Part shown: one piece after another, positions 24,024 through 39,600 of the stretch
Position numbering within the stretch: position 1 is the stretch's first letter
Layout of the letters: every line of letters starts with the position of its first letter
Assembly (NCBI GenBank): GCA_040954595.2
Contig: CM082597.2
Span: forward strand, 3,564,014 to 3,628,013
DNA: 64,000 nt
Origin: Balanoglossus misakiensis
Lineage: Eukaryota > Animalia > Hemichordata
Reading direction: 5' to 3'
Notes under the pieces: generated by a model
What the model saw: the letters and a program-made list of their open reading frames with translations, nothing else
Databases searched by the model: none
Told to the model about the DNA's origin: nothing
Made by a program: the position numbers and the translations under genes

Positions 24024-27000
24024 ATGGACTTACACCGGACTGTTTTAGGAATCTGCGCGGTGTTTGGCGTCATCGTACAAACAGGTAAGAAGTCGTCCTA
24101 TTTTTTTTTCGGCGCGCATGTGTCGTGGAAACTTCGCCCGAGAAATACATATATAGTCAAGAACACGTTGCTTCTTTTCAGTCATGTTTGAACACCGCCA
24201 GCCAAAGTTCACGAATAACGGAATTCTTGGTTGTTTGACAGTTAAAGCCTCTACCTTAGAGACAATGGCACAAAGTTTAATTTCAAAAAGAAATCTTGAC
24301 CGACACCGAAACATGGCAACCGTAAAATCGCTGTTAGATTCGAGCGACAGTCGGTTAAAAACCAACGTGAGCACCGGGCCTGTCGTGGGGTTCGAAGTAA
24401 CTTAAAAATGACGTCACATCATTGGGCGAATACTGATTGTCAACAGATAAGCTGCGAATGACGCGAGATTAGCGGCTGAGAGCGCAAAATTTGAAACACG
24501 AACGACATAAGGCACTATTTAAACCTAAACAAAACCCTTTTTAAAACAGATATTTCTAGCAAGAATACATGAAAAAAATTATATCAGTTCCTGAGCAAAA
24601 AATGAAATATTAATGTTTAAATTTGACTGTTAGACGGACGCGCCTCGATTCATGCCAATAGGTATAATAGGCGCTTCTGACTGTGGCCGAGATCATCACC
24701 GACGTTGTGAATGCATTCTTGTGGAGAGGCGGTCTGTTATATCACACATGCAGGTGCTCGGTGATAAGAACCACTTCAGGGGGCGTCGAGTGGGCAAGAA
24801 TAACTAGCGCAAATTTCTGCTGGTTCGTTCCGTTTTCTCGTTCCATTAATTACTGCTTCACGTTTAGAACCAAATTCGCCAATTCAGAACTGTTTGGTGT
24901 CTGGGCCTAATCTAATCTAATCTAATCCAATATTATAGGGAAAGACGTGACACGCGATAATTTCGCGGTTAGCAGGGGTCAGTCACGGAGGTGGGTCATT
25001 CCTTGGTATGTGATAAAAACTCATACAATTGCCTTTGTGTTAATTTTTTCGGGCGTTGAACAATCGGTACAGCTGCAAATATACTGTGCGCAGTTTCTAA
25101 GGTAAATATTGCCCACAACACAATTAAAACCCAGCAAAACAGAATATTTGAACTCGTAGAAATCAAGCCCTTTCTCTAGGGTCTATGTAGCCTACCGGTA
25201 CAATGTACGTTATATCATGGTAATATTAGACCAATTAGTCTTGCCTACTCGTGAGTGCGACGGGTAGATCTTCAGAAACAGAAGGCAAATCGGCAGTATT
25301 TATCAGGACCAACATAAATATCAAACATCAAAGCGAAAAATCCATTTAGCTTTCACGTCTCAGTTTAATATCGACTCTAACTTGCCGAGAGAAAAAAAAA
25401 GTTATAACCGCAATCGACACATTGGAATGCCTTCGTCCAGTCACCGTTAGCGATAAGCATACAGCGTGGTATGCGCGCTATTTTCTTGAGAAGTTTGCTC
25501 AGCGCTTGTATCGAGTTCTGCGTGCATACATGGGCTTATAGTTCGGTACATGTATGTCAATATTGTTTAAATATCATTTTCTGGTAGATATATATAATCT
25601 CTCTATGCATAATCATTGGATCACACATTGAGTGGACGAAACGTTTGGGTCAAACCCTAAGTCATTTTCCCTTTATTTTTTTAATACAGTGGATCAGATT
25701 TCTGTATGAGCGTTGAATATCTCTCATGTGGGGACTTTTGATACGCTTCACTGCTTGTACATGTTGACATATCTTTTTAAACAGCAATCCCTGACCACGG
25801 ATTAATTATTAACGAGACAGAGTGCGCAATTGCTGGCACACGGCGTCCTAATCATGTGTTCCGTACACTCACAGCGGGTGGAATGCTGACAGAAAAAAAT
25901 CACTCTGGCGATTGCGAAAAGTGGCCATAATCTGGCAACTGTCGTGCGCAGCGGGTACAAAAGCTATGTATCGCGGCGGTGCTTTGTCAAGTTGTCAGAA
26001 AACGGCATTAATTACGTTATAGATCCAGTGGTTGTGTTTTCCTGACTCAGGGAGTGTGATTTGCACCTGGAAGGACCAGGATTGGATGATATACGCCGGG
26101 AAAAGCATAACTTCATAAAAAAGGAATGAACAACTTTCTAGGTTCGCGATTAAAATTATATTAGATTAACGACGTATATTAGTAATGAATGCTACGCAGT
26201 GCACGCCAGTTGTACGCCGATACGTAAATTAGTCAGCGAAATCAACCAGGCTCAGTTTTGTCTTTTTTTCCTCGAAATTTACTTTTTGTCTAGTTTTGTG
26301 TTGTTGTTTTTTCCACTGCGCGTTGTCAACAGGTTGTTAAATTTGATACTGAGTCACCGACGCTTGTTCTGTGGCCACGCTCTGACCTTCCAGACTGACC
26401 AACGGTGAGTGACCTCTTACCCGGGCACCGCCATGTCATTTCCTTTTACGTCGCACGTTTCTAAATTTGGTCAACCATGTTTGCTTTTTTTCACCTGTTG
26501 AGAGGTTTGACCGTGTTTGCATAATTTCGCCGATAGCGTAACGAAAGACGGATTAGCATGGGAATTCCATTTACATGATCGCCTTGAATTAATTAAATGT
26601 TGACGTCATAACGCTTGATAGGACACCTAATAATTAGCCTCTTGTAACAATAAGTTCCCACGCCCACTTGCCCCGCCCACCAGAAGGGCAATGGTGCAAA
26701 TCGTGTACTCCATTCCATTGTTGAAGTTTGTTCGCTCGTGCTTTACCTATTTTGCTATCGTCTGCTCAAGTTGAAATGTCACCATTTTAACAGGTGGTTT
26801 GTAAGCGTGTTTTTCACCATGACCAAAATTCCTTACTGTTTGGCCGACTCGACACTGGCTTCAAGTCTGATATCCGTGGCTCTGTTAGTTTAAAAAAAAT
26901 AGTTCTCCAATATTTGGGACGTGACTAAGACCAAGGAAGGTTTTTCCCGTGTATCAAGGGTTCGAATTCCGTACATTGACTCGTTTACGACGAGAACATG

Positions 27001-30000
27001 ACCGACATGCGTGTTGACATAAATGTTTGGTTTGTTTGCTGTCTGATACGATAAGGTGACAAGAGTTTTGTCCATGCCTTGGTTTACACGTCAAATTATA
27101 AAATCACACAAGTCTATGGGCTTCATTATTATATAATAAGAAACATTTCAGAATTTTTTCCTGGTGTCTCTATGCAGTGTGTGTGGTGGATCGCGAAACT
27201 AGAAGCCCTGCCCCGAATTCGAAACTCAGCTCAGTACTAGAAACTCACTCAAAGCTACAGATACACCAGAAGTATGGAGAATTTTTATAAAGACAAAAAA
27301 TTACCAAGCGACTAGTGGGCTAGTCTAATATAGACGCAGATGAGTAATGAAAATATTGGCAAGAATCCAAAAGACCTATCCGGGCACGTCTGTACCATCA
27401 AACATAGAAATCAACTTTCAACATTAGTGTTCGTCTCTTATCGTGTTGTGCACCACTTTCTTGACAAATCACCCCTTGTAATCGCGCCCATTCGAAAACA
27501 CTATCAATAGTTCGCGTATGCCCGACCTTCAGAGCTTCTATATATTGGTATCTGGCCCTGAATTCACCTCCCTTTGAGAGCAGCCGACAAAACCACCTGA
27601 TACTCAGGATTCCCATTTGGCAGAAACATCAACTCGACAATCACCGCAATGTATGGTTGTACAATGACATTTTTTTCTGGATTGATGGCTGTCGTGCAGG
27701 TGGACCTTTGTGACGTTATCTAGAAACATCTTGAAGGTCGTTCGCGAAACTTGACTCGCATCAGAGCTCAAAAATCAAACAAATACACGATTTTTTTTCA
27801 TTGCGCTGGGGCTTTTAGTGGTCGTAAATTTTCTGTATATGTGTCAGTTGAATGAGGGATAACCGTTTATCGGGGTGGGAGGGACTGATATCGCTGCAGC
27901 AATGACATGTTTTGCGAGATGTGCGCGAGCGATGCACAGAGACTGAGTTTATCTCGTGGCTAATGTCGCCGTTTACTTTATATATCGCGGGGAATACAAC
28001 CATATCAGTAGAGATTAGTATTGTGGGGTTTATAGCGAGATTTTTTTTGGGGTCAAAGGACGTGAAGGTCGACGAGATCCGCAAACAAATGACGTTATCA
28101 CTGTGTAAAACATCGGAAATAGTTATTTTTAACAGGTATAATACACTAGACAATATCCGGGCATTGTCCAGATTTGAAATGTTTTTGCGGTATTTTCGTT
28201 TCTCCCTGCTGTTGTTAACTGAGTGGGTGGAGCATTATTGGAGGAAAGCGAACAGTGAGCGAAGATGAAAATTTTCAGCCGCGCTACATAGAGCAACGGT
28301 TGTTGTGTTTCTTTGGCATATATACTAGACTCAGAACCATGGAAATCAAACTACATGTACTAAATCGATTGCCGAGATAGTCATCATCCGTGTCCTAATT
28401 TTATAACAATTGGGCGCACGAGAAACAAATGGATTGCGACTTAAAAGTATCCTCGTTAGCTAATGGTTTTGCGCATGCTCAGCAACGACTCTTTGCTCAA
28501 AGACATCGAAACCAATCTTCGCTGGTGATGATGACGTATTAAGTCAAAGGTCATACCATCCACTCTCCCTTCTATCTTTACTTCAAGTCTGTGCGTCATC
28601 GTGGGATTGGCCTATGACTTTATTCTCATGGGACCACGTGACAACACTATCAAATGAATGCCAAGAAAGTTGTCACGTAGTTTTGTATAAAAAATGATGG
28701 TTTACGACAAATTTAACATACCACACGAGTGACACACGAGTTAGAATTTGATTCATAGGAATTAATACAATAATTACCATCGGTTGTTTTTCGCTAATGG
28801 CCAATTTTGCCCCCAAAGGCCTGGCGGATGATTATATTTCCATATTTCTTCCTATTTTGGTAATTGTAATCGAATTACTAGTTTTTGTGCTTGGTTACAC
28901 TTAGCGATGTCGCAACGCTTCAGATGTGCGCATGTCTGCCTGCCATGATCAAGGTGGGCGGAAGTTGGTCCTGGCGCTTTTTTTCCCATGATTCAAATTA
29001 CAGTAAACGCCATATTGGAAATTCTGCCAACTTTCCCTCGACTTTGTAAAAAATCGCGCGACTTATACATGGCGAATATTTTTTTTTTTTCTGAAAGAGT
29101 GACCTCAAAGCTACCAAATTATGTAGAAATCAGCCACGCCGGATTTCCCCTTTAACAATGGCTAGGTAACAAAACCATGTGTGGGCCTAATATAATTATG
29201 GTTTCGATCTTCAGTTGAATAGCTAATATGCTGCCATAAAGTTGACACCATCGGTAAATTTGGACGGGGATCGAAATTATATAGGTATGTCTTACAATGG
29301 AGTTTCCTGCTCGCGAAAAAATGTCCGCTTTTATCCAATAAAAAGTCACAATAAAAATTATAGCAGTAAGCATAGTATAAATGAATTCAATAAATTTAAC
29401 CAAAAGATCAATAAATTACAATTTTACCTCAACTGAAAAAAATCATTCAATGACTAGTTACATTGAACAACGGGTGTGTTTAAGTTAATGATTATTTTGC
29501 AAGTCGTGTCAGGGACTATTCTCTTGGGATCAATAGCTACAGGTTTCCTCAAACAAAACATGACTCTAACACCTAATATAATGTACGCCTTAATCTCTTA
29601 AATGTATGTATTAATAATATTGTGGTATGTTTAATGGTCGTGTTTATTTACATACTTAATTGATGTGAAATTCCGCAAACAATGTCAAATTGTATCGGTT
29701 GTTTGTGTACGCATGTTTGGAGTGAGTCATCATTATTTGTTTATCAACCATGGCGTGCGTGGGTTGAGGGTGGCATTGTTATCGGGTTCTGGGCAGGAGT
29801 CTGAAGTTTTGGATGTTCGTGTAGGGCACGGACACCACGCTTTGGAACCATTGTCCAAGTGGTGGGTGGTCCTCGTCGCCCCCTCCACGTACTCCTATCA
29901 GTTCAATTGGGCGTGTTCTCACCGTGGTGACATGCCACCGACGTTCGTACATGCGTAGGAGGTGCAAAATATGTATAGAGATGACCATGGTATCTCCATG

Positions 30001-33000
30001 AGATGACACACAAACGCACAGAAAAATATTATTCGAAATTGCATGCATATTTGTAAGTCGAATCATTGATGAATCATCTTTCAGTGTGTTTTTAAAAATA
30101 CTAACAAATTAAATCTAACATGAAGACAAACCTCCATGGTTACAAGGAAAATTGACGATAATTATATCAAAATGTGTCACTACCAAAAACACCGCGCTTA
30201 AGGCAAGCATTCACGCAAAAAGTATTGAATTTACTTTTTAAGACAAAAAACCACCGAAAACACAAAAAGTGTTGAGATATAAAAATCACCAAGCGACTAG
30301 TGGGCTAGTCTATAAAATGAAGATTACTGGGTCTAATAAATGTGCAAGCTTCAGGCTTTTTATTAGGTGACAAACGCAAACAAAAAGAGTGTTTGCGGAA
30401 ACATGTAGTATTATACCTGTACGAGCGAGATAACTCAATTTACGATCAAATTGTATAATAGCCACTTTGTTACAGTTCCTGTGCAATTAACGTGTGCATT
30501 GATTGACCTGTCTATAAAGGCCAGTCCTTTGACTGGCCACTATAGACAGGTTTGACTGTAGCTATATTCTCAGTGAAGGAATAATGGCGTGATCAGCTTT
30601 GCCATTTTCATCAGAACCCTTCAGGCGCACTTATAATACATGTATATCCGACGAGCGTGTAACCTGAAAAGATTCTAGATTTCTTTCCCATGAGTAGAGA
30701 AGTCAACTTACTTCTGTGATACGCACATGGCAATTCACCAGCTTTCGAATCGTTAAGATTTTTGTCGGAGAAATTTCAGCATGATGGTGGATGATTGAAA
30801 ATCTGGAAACGGGTTTTTATGTATTGCGAGATACTGATCGACGATATGACAATGGATGCACATCAAGGTACACCTGGTGTCAATATTAGGCCAACTCTAG
30901 CCTGCGAGATTTCATCGTGGCAATGTTCGTGAATGAGAGGCTGGAGAGAGGAGCGGGGGAGGGGGAGGGGGGCAAGGAAGTGCGAGAGGTCGTGACGTAT
31001 TGCCCTATTTGAACATTCGCATGTCGCTGTCAGATAAATCGAACTTGCATGTGTCTTGATAAAGAGAGCGCAATGTGACAGAATGTGTCGTGGTACACGT
31101 ATGATATTGAAAGCTATGATACACTGCCTAACAACAGATCAAATCTCAGTCTCAGGAGGGAGGGAGTTTTCAGTGAATTTCAGTCAACCTCACTCCTAGT
31201 AAGATGTCCCGGATGTTGGTTATTGAAATTACTACATTCATTGCACGGAGTGCATGTAAGCGTCGTTAGCTGGTAGAGAAAGCGCATTCTTTTGATAAAA
31301 TCTCGGGGGTCATAAAAGTGTGCTGATTGTACATGTTTGTGGCCCGGTTGAAATGGAAGTATCGCTTGCGGAACAAATTGGAAAAAGGAGAGATTTCGTC
31401 AGATACAGGGCAAGGGTACTACAGTCCGGCACGCGTCGCGCATGCTAATCGCGCTGGCGAAGTGCGTGTGCGCGCGAAGGTAGAGACGCGTTCAGAGCTG
31501 ACTGGGTGATAGAGGTGGGTCAGCGCGAGCGTGCCACAAGTGAAGCGTGTATAATTTCCTTTGTTCGTGGCTAATGACACGTGCACGACCTTCAAACATA
31601 CATGTCAGATATGTACACACGGCAGTCAGTCATTCATAACCCGAGAAAATGACAGATTTTCCCGGAGATCGCGTAGAAATCGTCACAGGGCGAAAAAAAT
31701 CTTAAATCACCGAACGACGTTGAATTTAGGCATTTTAAAGTCTAATTGTCAATTTAAAATGTTTGTATCGGCACAGCTGCGTTTGGCCTGACTTCATTTC
31801 TCTCAGATTTACAGATAACAAAATCCATTTTCTACTTCGAGCACAAGTTCCCATAATTTGACGCAAACGTTACATTTCTGTGGAAGTTCCATACCCCTGT
31901 GCTCCTTTTAAATACTAATCTCTGTTTAGTTTTTTCAACAACTACATGTACATATAAATAGAAACTGATTGAAGTACATGTCTAAAAATACTATTTTAAC
32001 CGTGTATGTGGGTAGAATACGCATGATACAAGACCCATTGCATGAATACAGCAGTCCTGTTCACCAGAATCACAATTGGAGTATATGTACATATGTTGCC
32101 AAACATTCAGCTCTCGGAGCTTTAAAATGACAACATCAAAACATGGCGATAACTCTCTCCTGAGAAAACTTGACTAGGATCTGAATAACACATCCGATTT
32201 GTGCATGTTATGACATCATTGTGCACTCACATTAAAACAGGCGTTCTATAGACGCCGCACAAGAAGAGAACCGACGCATTTAAAGACGCAGTTAGGTCAG
32301 GGTCATGTTGGTACACCTGTGTTAATGTCGTTATAAAACCCAACCATTAGATAGGCTCCGGTGAACTCATTGACTGGCAAAGTAAACTCCATAAATTGGT
32401 GACGTCCGTGTGGAAATGGAAGTTCCTTACGATCGCAGGCCATGCCCGCTGACTGTGTTGGCGGCCTGAGTGTATGTTGGCTGGGGAAAGTGTGCACTTT
32501 TTGTCGTCTGAAGAATGTTGACGCTAAATGAACAATGCGGAGTGACATCTTGCGGCAGCTGGCAGTATTGTTCCGAGAATTTCCACTACTCACAAGAAAT
32601 AGCCACCGGAAAACGTGGCCTTTTAAATAGCAATAAGTCTGCGCGCAAGTCTTTGTGTTATACGTCACAGGGTTAATGTCCCAATCGCAGTTATCTTGAC
32701 AATGACCCCGGGGAGTGATCTATCCCTCGGCTGTGAGAAGGCTGGCCAAAATGGCGTCCAGATAGGTGCTGAGTCAGTAATCTGCTTGAATATAGTCCCT
32801 TGAACATAGTACCAATAAAACAGGCGAGGAATTACCACAGTTATACTGACGTTTGCAGACTTGAATCAAAATTGTAAGCTTACGGCCGGATGATATTTTA
32901 ACAAAAGACACACTCGCTGTATGAAGCAAGTTCGTGTCAAAAAAGTCAGCTCGAAAACTTCGATGGCTGACATTCCTTACTTTGTCATGACAAGTGCCTT

Positions 33001-33577
33001 CACCTTTCTACTAACGATAATGACAAATTCTCTAAACAGGGAGTATGATATCTTTTGCAAGCTTAGCAACAATCATCAATATTTAATAAAAAGCCATCGG
33101 TAATACCCAGCCTCGCCGGACCATCAATTTATGAATTAATGGTTCTAAAATACATCTTTTATGTTATTTCCTATGCCATGTTTGTGCCCAAAACAAATAT
33201 GCCATTCTTGCAATAAAATGAAATATCAATAATCGCACAAAGATCTGAGAGCCTTTTGTACTCTAGAAGAGAAAAATGGTCGAATTAAAGTGGAATGGTT
33301 TGACTTGGAGTAATTGATAAAGGTATACTCTAGGGAGTATCATGGAACTATCAATGCGACTCGCCGAGTGATCAAGAACGGGGTTTTTTACGACATGGAT
33401 AGCATAACCTATCCATGCCATCTATCAGACCTGCTGAAGTGGGGTTTAACATTTACGTTTTGAAGTCCTACATGTAATTTCTCTGCTGTGCCTGTGTTTC
33501 TGTATGTTTGTAGGCCCAATGTATGTATGTATGTATGTATGTATGTATGTATGTATGTATGTATGTATGTATGTATG

Positions 33578-33608
<31 letters not shown>

Positions 33609-36600
33609 GATCTTCTGGATCACTCAACATATTAGGGAACAAAATTGTTGGACATTTACCTTAATTAAACTTGACAATGGAATGACCTATGCGATCAGTA
33701 TTCATCATTGCGCGCATGGACAGTGGTATCCAGTCCTGTGGATAGAATGACTGCAATTAGTTCATAATGTTACTGCATGTCCACAGGAGAATATTCGGGA
33801 AGGGCACCTCAAGATATTTGTTGGGGGGGGATTTTCTAACCTTTGGTATTTTCCTGATCAGTCAAAAGGGGATGTAGATATTGCAAATTAAATGCAGGGA
33901 GACAACCCATTAATTAGTTACATCACTCAAGAAGCTAATATTTCAATCATGTACGAAATCATTATTACTGTTTGACTGACTCGACTTTATTTTTTCCTGC
34001 AGGTGCTCAAACAGATGTTTATCTTTTTCCATCGGTGGACCAGTATCTAGCGGTCGGTGACTCTTTCAGCGTCACTTGTGAAGTTATTGACGGTACCAAC
34101 CCCAAGTGGTATGACTCGAACCAGAACGAAATCCTGGCACTTTCGCAACCAGGTAAGGGATCGACCATTAGAAGTTGGGGGGGGGGGGTAAAAGGAGTTT
34201 TCTGAAACCTGTGATTGGCTATATTTGAATCCGACTTAGCGTCTGGATGATTTATTTGATTTTTGATTTCTAAAAATACCGTTGCACTCAAAGCAGTCTG
34301 GTGACCCCTTGTATCAGGCAGTCATTATCTTTGTTTACCCAGCCAAACGATACAGGATATGTTATAAAATTTATGAAACTCATGGTTGCGTACCAGAACC
34401 TCATGGAGTAAAACCTAACTAGAGGTTTTTATTTATGTTTAAAACATCGACAGTTATTAAACACCCTATACATATTTTTTTTTATTTCAAATATTTTCCC
34501 TCATATTCACATTTAATGGTTAACTCAGACATGTATGGTATATGAAAACCGACAACACCCACAAATGATCTCACTTTTACACGCTATCTGTATTTCTGGA
34601 TTACAGGCTTCAACACAAGACGATATGTGGAGAGGTCGGGTACAGAGATAGCCACACTTTGGTTTGAAGGGATTTTGGATTCGGACAGCGGCGAATACAA
34701 GTGTGAAGTGGGATCCGTGTCACAAACGATAACCATTACCATCACAGGTGTGTTCTAACTGCTGCATCATTTTGTATTATTTATTTCTGAATGAATAAAA
34801 AACACTATCACCAGTGGCGCTTAGAAAATGGACGAAAATCTCATGCAGTTCTGGTACCTGAATAGCATACCAATAAACAGATCTATCTATACTGACTTTC
34901 AATGTCTATCCCTCTCTCTGTCTTGACCAGAACCCATCGACTTTGGGACCACTCCTACCACACAACACCTCATCAAGGACGAAGATGGTTTCGTTGCATG
35001 TGACGTCACATCGTTCCCCGTGCCCTCGTTGCACTGGAAATTCAACGACTATCGTATTTATGACGGTAAGCCCTTTCAAAACATGATTGATTCCGGCAAT
35101 TTGACATCAAACTTGTAATTTGCCTGAAAAAATGACCTCAATATACATGAATACATATCAAAGTCTCATTGTAAGTTTACAGTGTGGACAATATATTAGA
35201 AGCAGATATCGATTTCTCTTACAGATGAACATTTCGAGATGCAGGCTAATGGATTGAAGGTAAATGACGTAACGATAGACGACCAGGGCACCTACACATG
35301 CGTAGCTCGTATCAAAGAAACCGGGGACGTCCAACCGCTGAATATCAATGTTTCCGTGTACGGTAAGGGCAAGGAATTAGCATAATAGCCATGTACCACC
35401 TGTTCACAACTTTAAAATGGATACGACAATAGGTGATTTTCAGCTCACTGTGAGATCTCGCGTAAACTTGGTTAATTACCATGACAACAAACAAGTAACG
35501 CAAGTCAAGCTTTGTATGAAACGAGGATGAGTGCAGAGTTTAACAACAACAGTACTGTAACTTTTGTGCCGATAGGCCATTTCTTGTTTTGTCCTGTGTC
35601 ACATGAGAATGTCCAGCTCCCGAACAAACTGTCGAGCCACGCCTGATCTCGCAGGGTCTCGTGAAGTTTGGAAAATGGTCTATTATATGGAAAGTGATAT
35701 CATGGTAGCCGAAATCTGATCAATCCAGTTGTTTTAGATCATTCGCAGTTCATATATAATCATTTTGAAGTCCCTGGTGGGTACGTCCTGGAAGTCCCAG
35801 GGGGCCATTTTCCATCAAGATTGTGAGTTTGGATATCGGTACAAAACACATGGTCATTGGCTGAGTGGCTCCACCACAACAAGCGCGAAATCTCAGACAG
35901 CTAAATAGGCTCCAATATCGTTTGACCAATAGTCCAATTCGCCTATCAACCAATCACATGAAATGATTACGTCTTATTAATAATCGTAAAGTGGTCTTAA
36001 CAATATGAGGGAGATCTAACATTAAAAAAAATCAACCAAACAAGTAAAACAAGTATAATTTTAATGGAACTGTATTGTTCCCATTTATGGTACGTAGAAA
36101 CCAGACGAGCTTTAATGGCGAAAAAGATCCGACCAAATGATCGCGACATAGCATTAGCGGTAATGGGAACGCCACATTAGTAACTCCGATAATCATCAAA
36201 TTTTCATCAACGACAGTTCGACTTTTGAGTAATCTATAAGGAGATTTCCGTATTTATACAATAAATGGAGGTAATTGATTTCAGTTGAGCGCCGATCTTG
36301 CAACGGTATCGCCCACTTCTCCCACGGAATGGTCATCGACGTATAGGCAGTGATACCAGATGTGTATCGTTCATACATTTTGTACTCTGTGTAGAACACC
36401 GCCATTCAAAGTTATCTGAGTGACTTTTACTGTAATCGTCTGCTGTGACCTAGAGCTTAGAGAATCTAGTGCTTCTGGATTTGATAATGTCAATCAAGGT
36501 GTATATTCTAACTTGGGTGGACATAATCTCAAAGTGACATCAACTGTGCGATTTATATTTCCAACTAGTTGCCCTATTGCAATCATTGTTTTAAACTAAC

Positions 36601-39600
36601 ATTTGTAAAAAAATCCATGTTGAACTCAAAGTATGCTAGTTCCAAGCAAACTGAGGTATTAAATTGTCATGAGGAGCCACATTTTAAGAAAATTGTAAAA
36701 TGGCAAACATTACATATTTTCATTAGTTTTTGGTATATGATTATTCTTGCCTGAATAGAATACAGACTGAAATTGGTAGTTTTAGTTAATACTCCCCTTT
36801 CCCACCAATATTTAGTTGAACCCTTTTGTATTGTATGTTATTTTGAGACCATTACACAAAGAAATAGGGATGAAAGGGTCATGTTAAAGTAACATCCGCA
36901 AAGAGGAAACCAAATAATGGCATCCACTCTGAAATTATGAAACACGCAAATTACATGAAAAATAACAGCAAAGTGACCGCACATGGAGTCAAGGAACTGA
37001 TCGGGTTATAAGGTTAATTGCCCAGTCGGTTTTGTGTGCAGACCAATGCATAGGCAAAGAGGTATTAATCAGTCAAGCACGCATTCCACTGGCATATGGG
37101 AAGCAAAAACACAGCGGCAGCTAATGCAGAGAATCCATTTAGTGGCCAGACACTGCCGGGTTAATGGCATTCATGCAGCGGGATTTATGAATTAATGAAG
37201 ACGGTCGTGATTGAGACGTGCTGATTTCTGTCTACTCTGGCAGAGTCTGGGCATCTGTGGCTTGATGACCCACTTATCCGATACCAAACGTTGGCTTTGA
37301 TACTTCAATATGCTTTGCAGCTTAATATGGATACAGTGTAAAAGTCTCAGATAACAGAATCAAATCTTATAGTTCATTAATTATGAAAGCTGGTTGGACA
37401 AAAGAATGTCACTAAATTAGAGATGACTAATGATGTATGTATGTATGTATGTATGTATGTATGTATGTATGTATGTATGTATGTATGTATGTATGTATGT
37501 ATGTATGTACAATGTATGAGTTTTTTAAACAATGTTATTGGGCAGTACATTCCAAACTACACCATTAATCATTATTTCATTTCATTTTTGATTTCAGAAT
37601 TACCACAATTTCTACAAGTACCAGAGAGCACTGGCAACGTGGAAGGCAGAAGTGTGGCCTTCTATTGCAGAGCCACCGGTATTCCAGTTCCGGGTTTAAC
37701 ATGGAAGTTTGGTGATGAGGAGATCTCATCCAGCGAAAAGTACTCCATTAGTAAGTGGGGATTATTTTCCTTAATTTCGCATTCACAATCATGTCTTCCC
37801 ATCAAGAAGCCAGATCAACTTATCAGTTGTCTAACCAGATGACCACACTAAACAATTACTTAGTCAGTGGCTTTGGTATATGTTTATACCAAAGCTAATC
37901 TTTGATAATGTACACATAAATTACGTGATTTACTGAAATTCACTGTAGATCCATAGTAAACATTGTCATACATATTCAATCGTTCAAATGATAGTGATAC
38001 ATGTAGATCTGAAATTTGATTCACTGTCAAGCTTTGTAGACATTTTCCTAAAGGAAACCATAATTGTATATATACCATAAAAGATAACGTTTAAAACTCT
38101 TTAAATATTAATAATGCTGACTCATTTATGGATAACTTCGCTTCATTGTTGCATGACGTCAGTGTCTAACGACCAACTTTTTAAAAACAGGCTCTGCATA
38201 ATGGTACATGTTTCTCATTACACCGATGTTAAATATCTGAAAATCCCACTCTATTACAGTCAAGATGATTTTTGATGGCACTGATGACTATATCTGCTGA
38301 TGCCATCTCTGATTTTACGGCATGTTATTCCATTATTCTTAATTTAAAAAAAAATTGGTATCTGATAAAATTAATGCATCATAAAATCCAACATCCACTC
38401 TCATAAATGCAAAATTTACTATATTCCATTACCAACCATTCTTTATAAATTTTAGATAATGTTCTATTTCGAATTGAACACTGTAATATTGTTTGTGACG
38501 CTTATTCTGGAGTAGAAACATTTACAAGCATTCCATTTTTTTTCTGAAAATGCAAGTCAATCCCCACTGTATTATTCACGGTATATTGATGTGAAAACAA
38601 AAGACGGGAAAGGGCTATTACGCGTATAGAATTGGTCGGCTGTGCATTTAATCCGCTCTCGCACTGTATTTGCACTTGTGAGTCGCATCTGTAATGGCGG
38701 GATGATCTCACCGTCCATTAAGACCATTAATATATACCACTTACCAGTGGTCATTCTCTTTTAAGTTGTGATATTGCACTGGGATGGTCATCAAGTCGTG
38801 TCTCCCATTTCATGCATGGCATCCGCTGCCAAAGAGACTCTGTGATATCACAATGTATAATTAAAGAAAAAAGAAAAAAACCCGATGAATCACTGTAGAG
38901 TCAATTCGCGAGGTTCTGTATTCAATTGATCGCTCTTTTTGCAGAACTCGTTTAAGGCTAACAAGCCTCTGCAAACAGAACATTTTTCTCGGGCACTGAG
39001 GTGTCTATTGTAGACAGGTTTGATTGCACGATCACTGTATAAAACCTTACTGTATAAACAATTATGTGTTTTGTTGTTTGTCGTGGCTGTGCTGTATTGT
39101 TTTATGACTGTTTGTTTTCGCAGCTACTGACCATGTAAATACTAGTACTGTATATTTGACTTATGAACTTTTTCTTTACGGCTGACCATGTAAATACTGT
39201 ATATCTGACCATGGACGCCCATGATCTGACCTATAGTATTTTAGAATCATGGATGGGGGATGTGATGACTACCCCCCGTCAAAGTCATTTTATAAGTCGC
39301 AGCGATATTATAAGTCGCACCCCTTCTTTGAAAGACTTGTTTGGGAGGAGATTTTAAGGAAATGAATACAACAGAACATTGGTATTATAAGTCGCACCCC
39401 CTTTTCGGCACACACTGTCACTCAAAAAAGGCGCGTCTTATAAAATGACTTTAACGTTAGTACTGTGTATTTGACTTATGAAATTTGTCTTTACGGCTGA
39501 CCATGTAAATACTGTATGTCTGACCATGGACGCCCATGATCTGACCTATAGTATTTTAGAATCATGGATGGGGATATGATGACTACCCCCCGTTAAAGTC

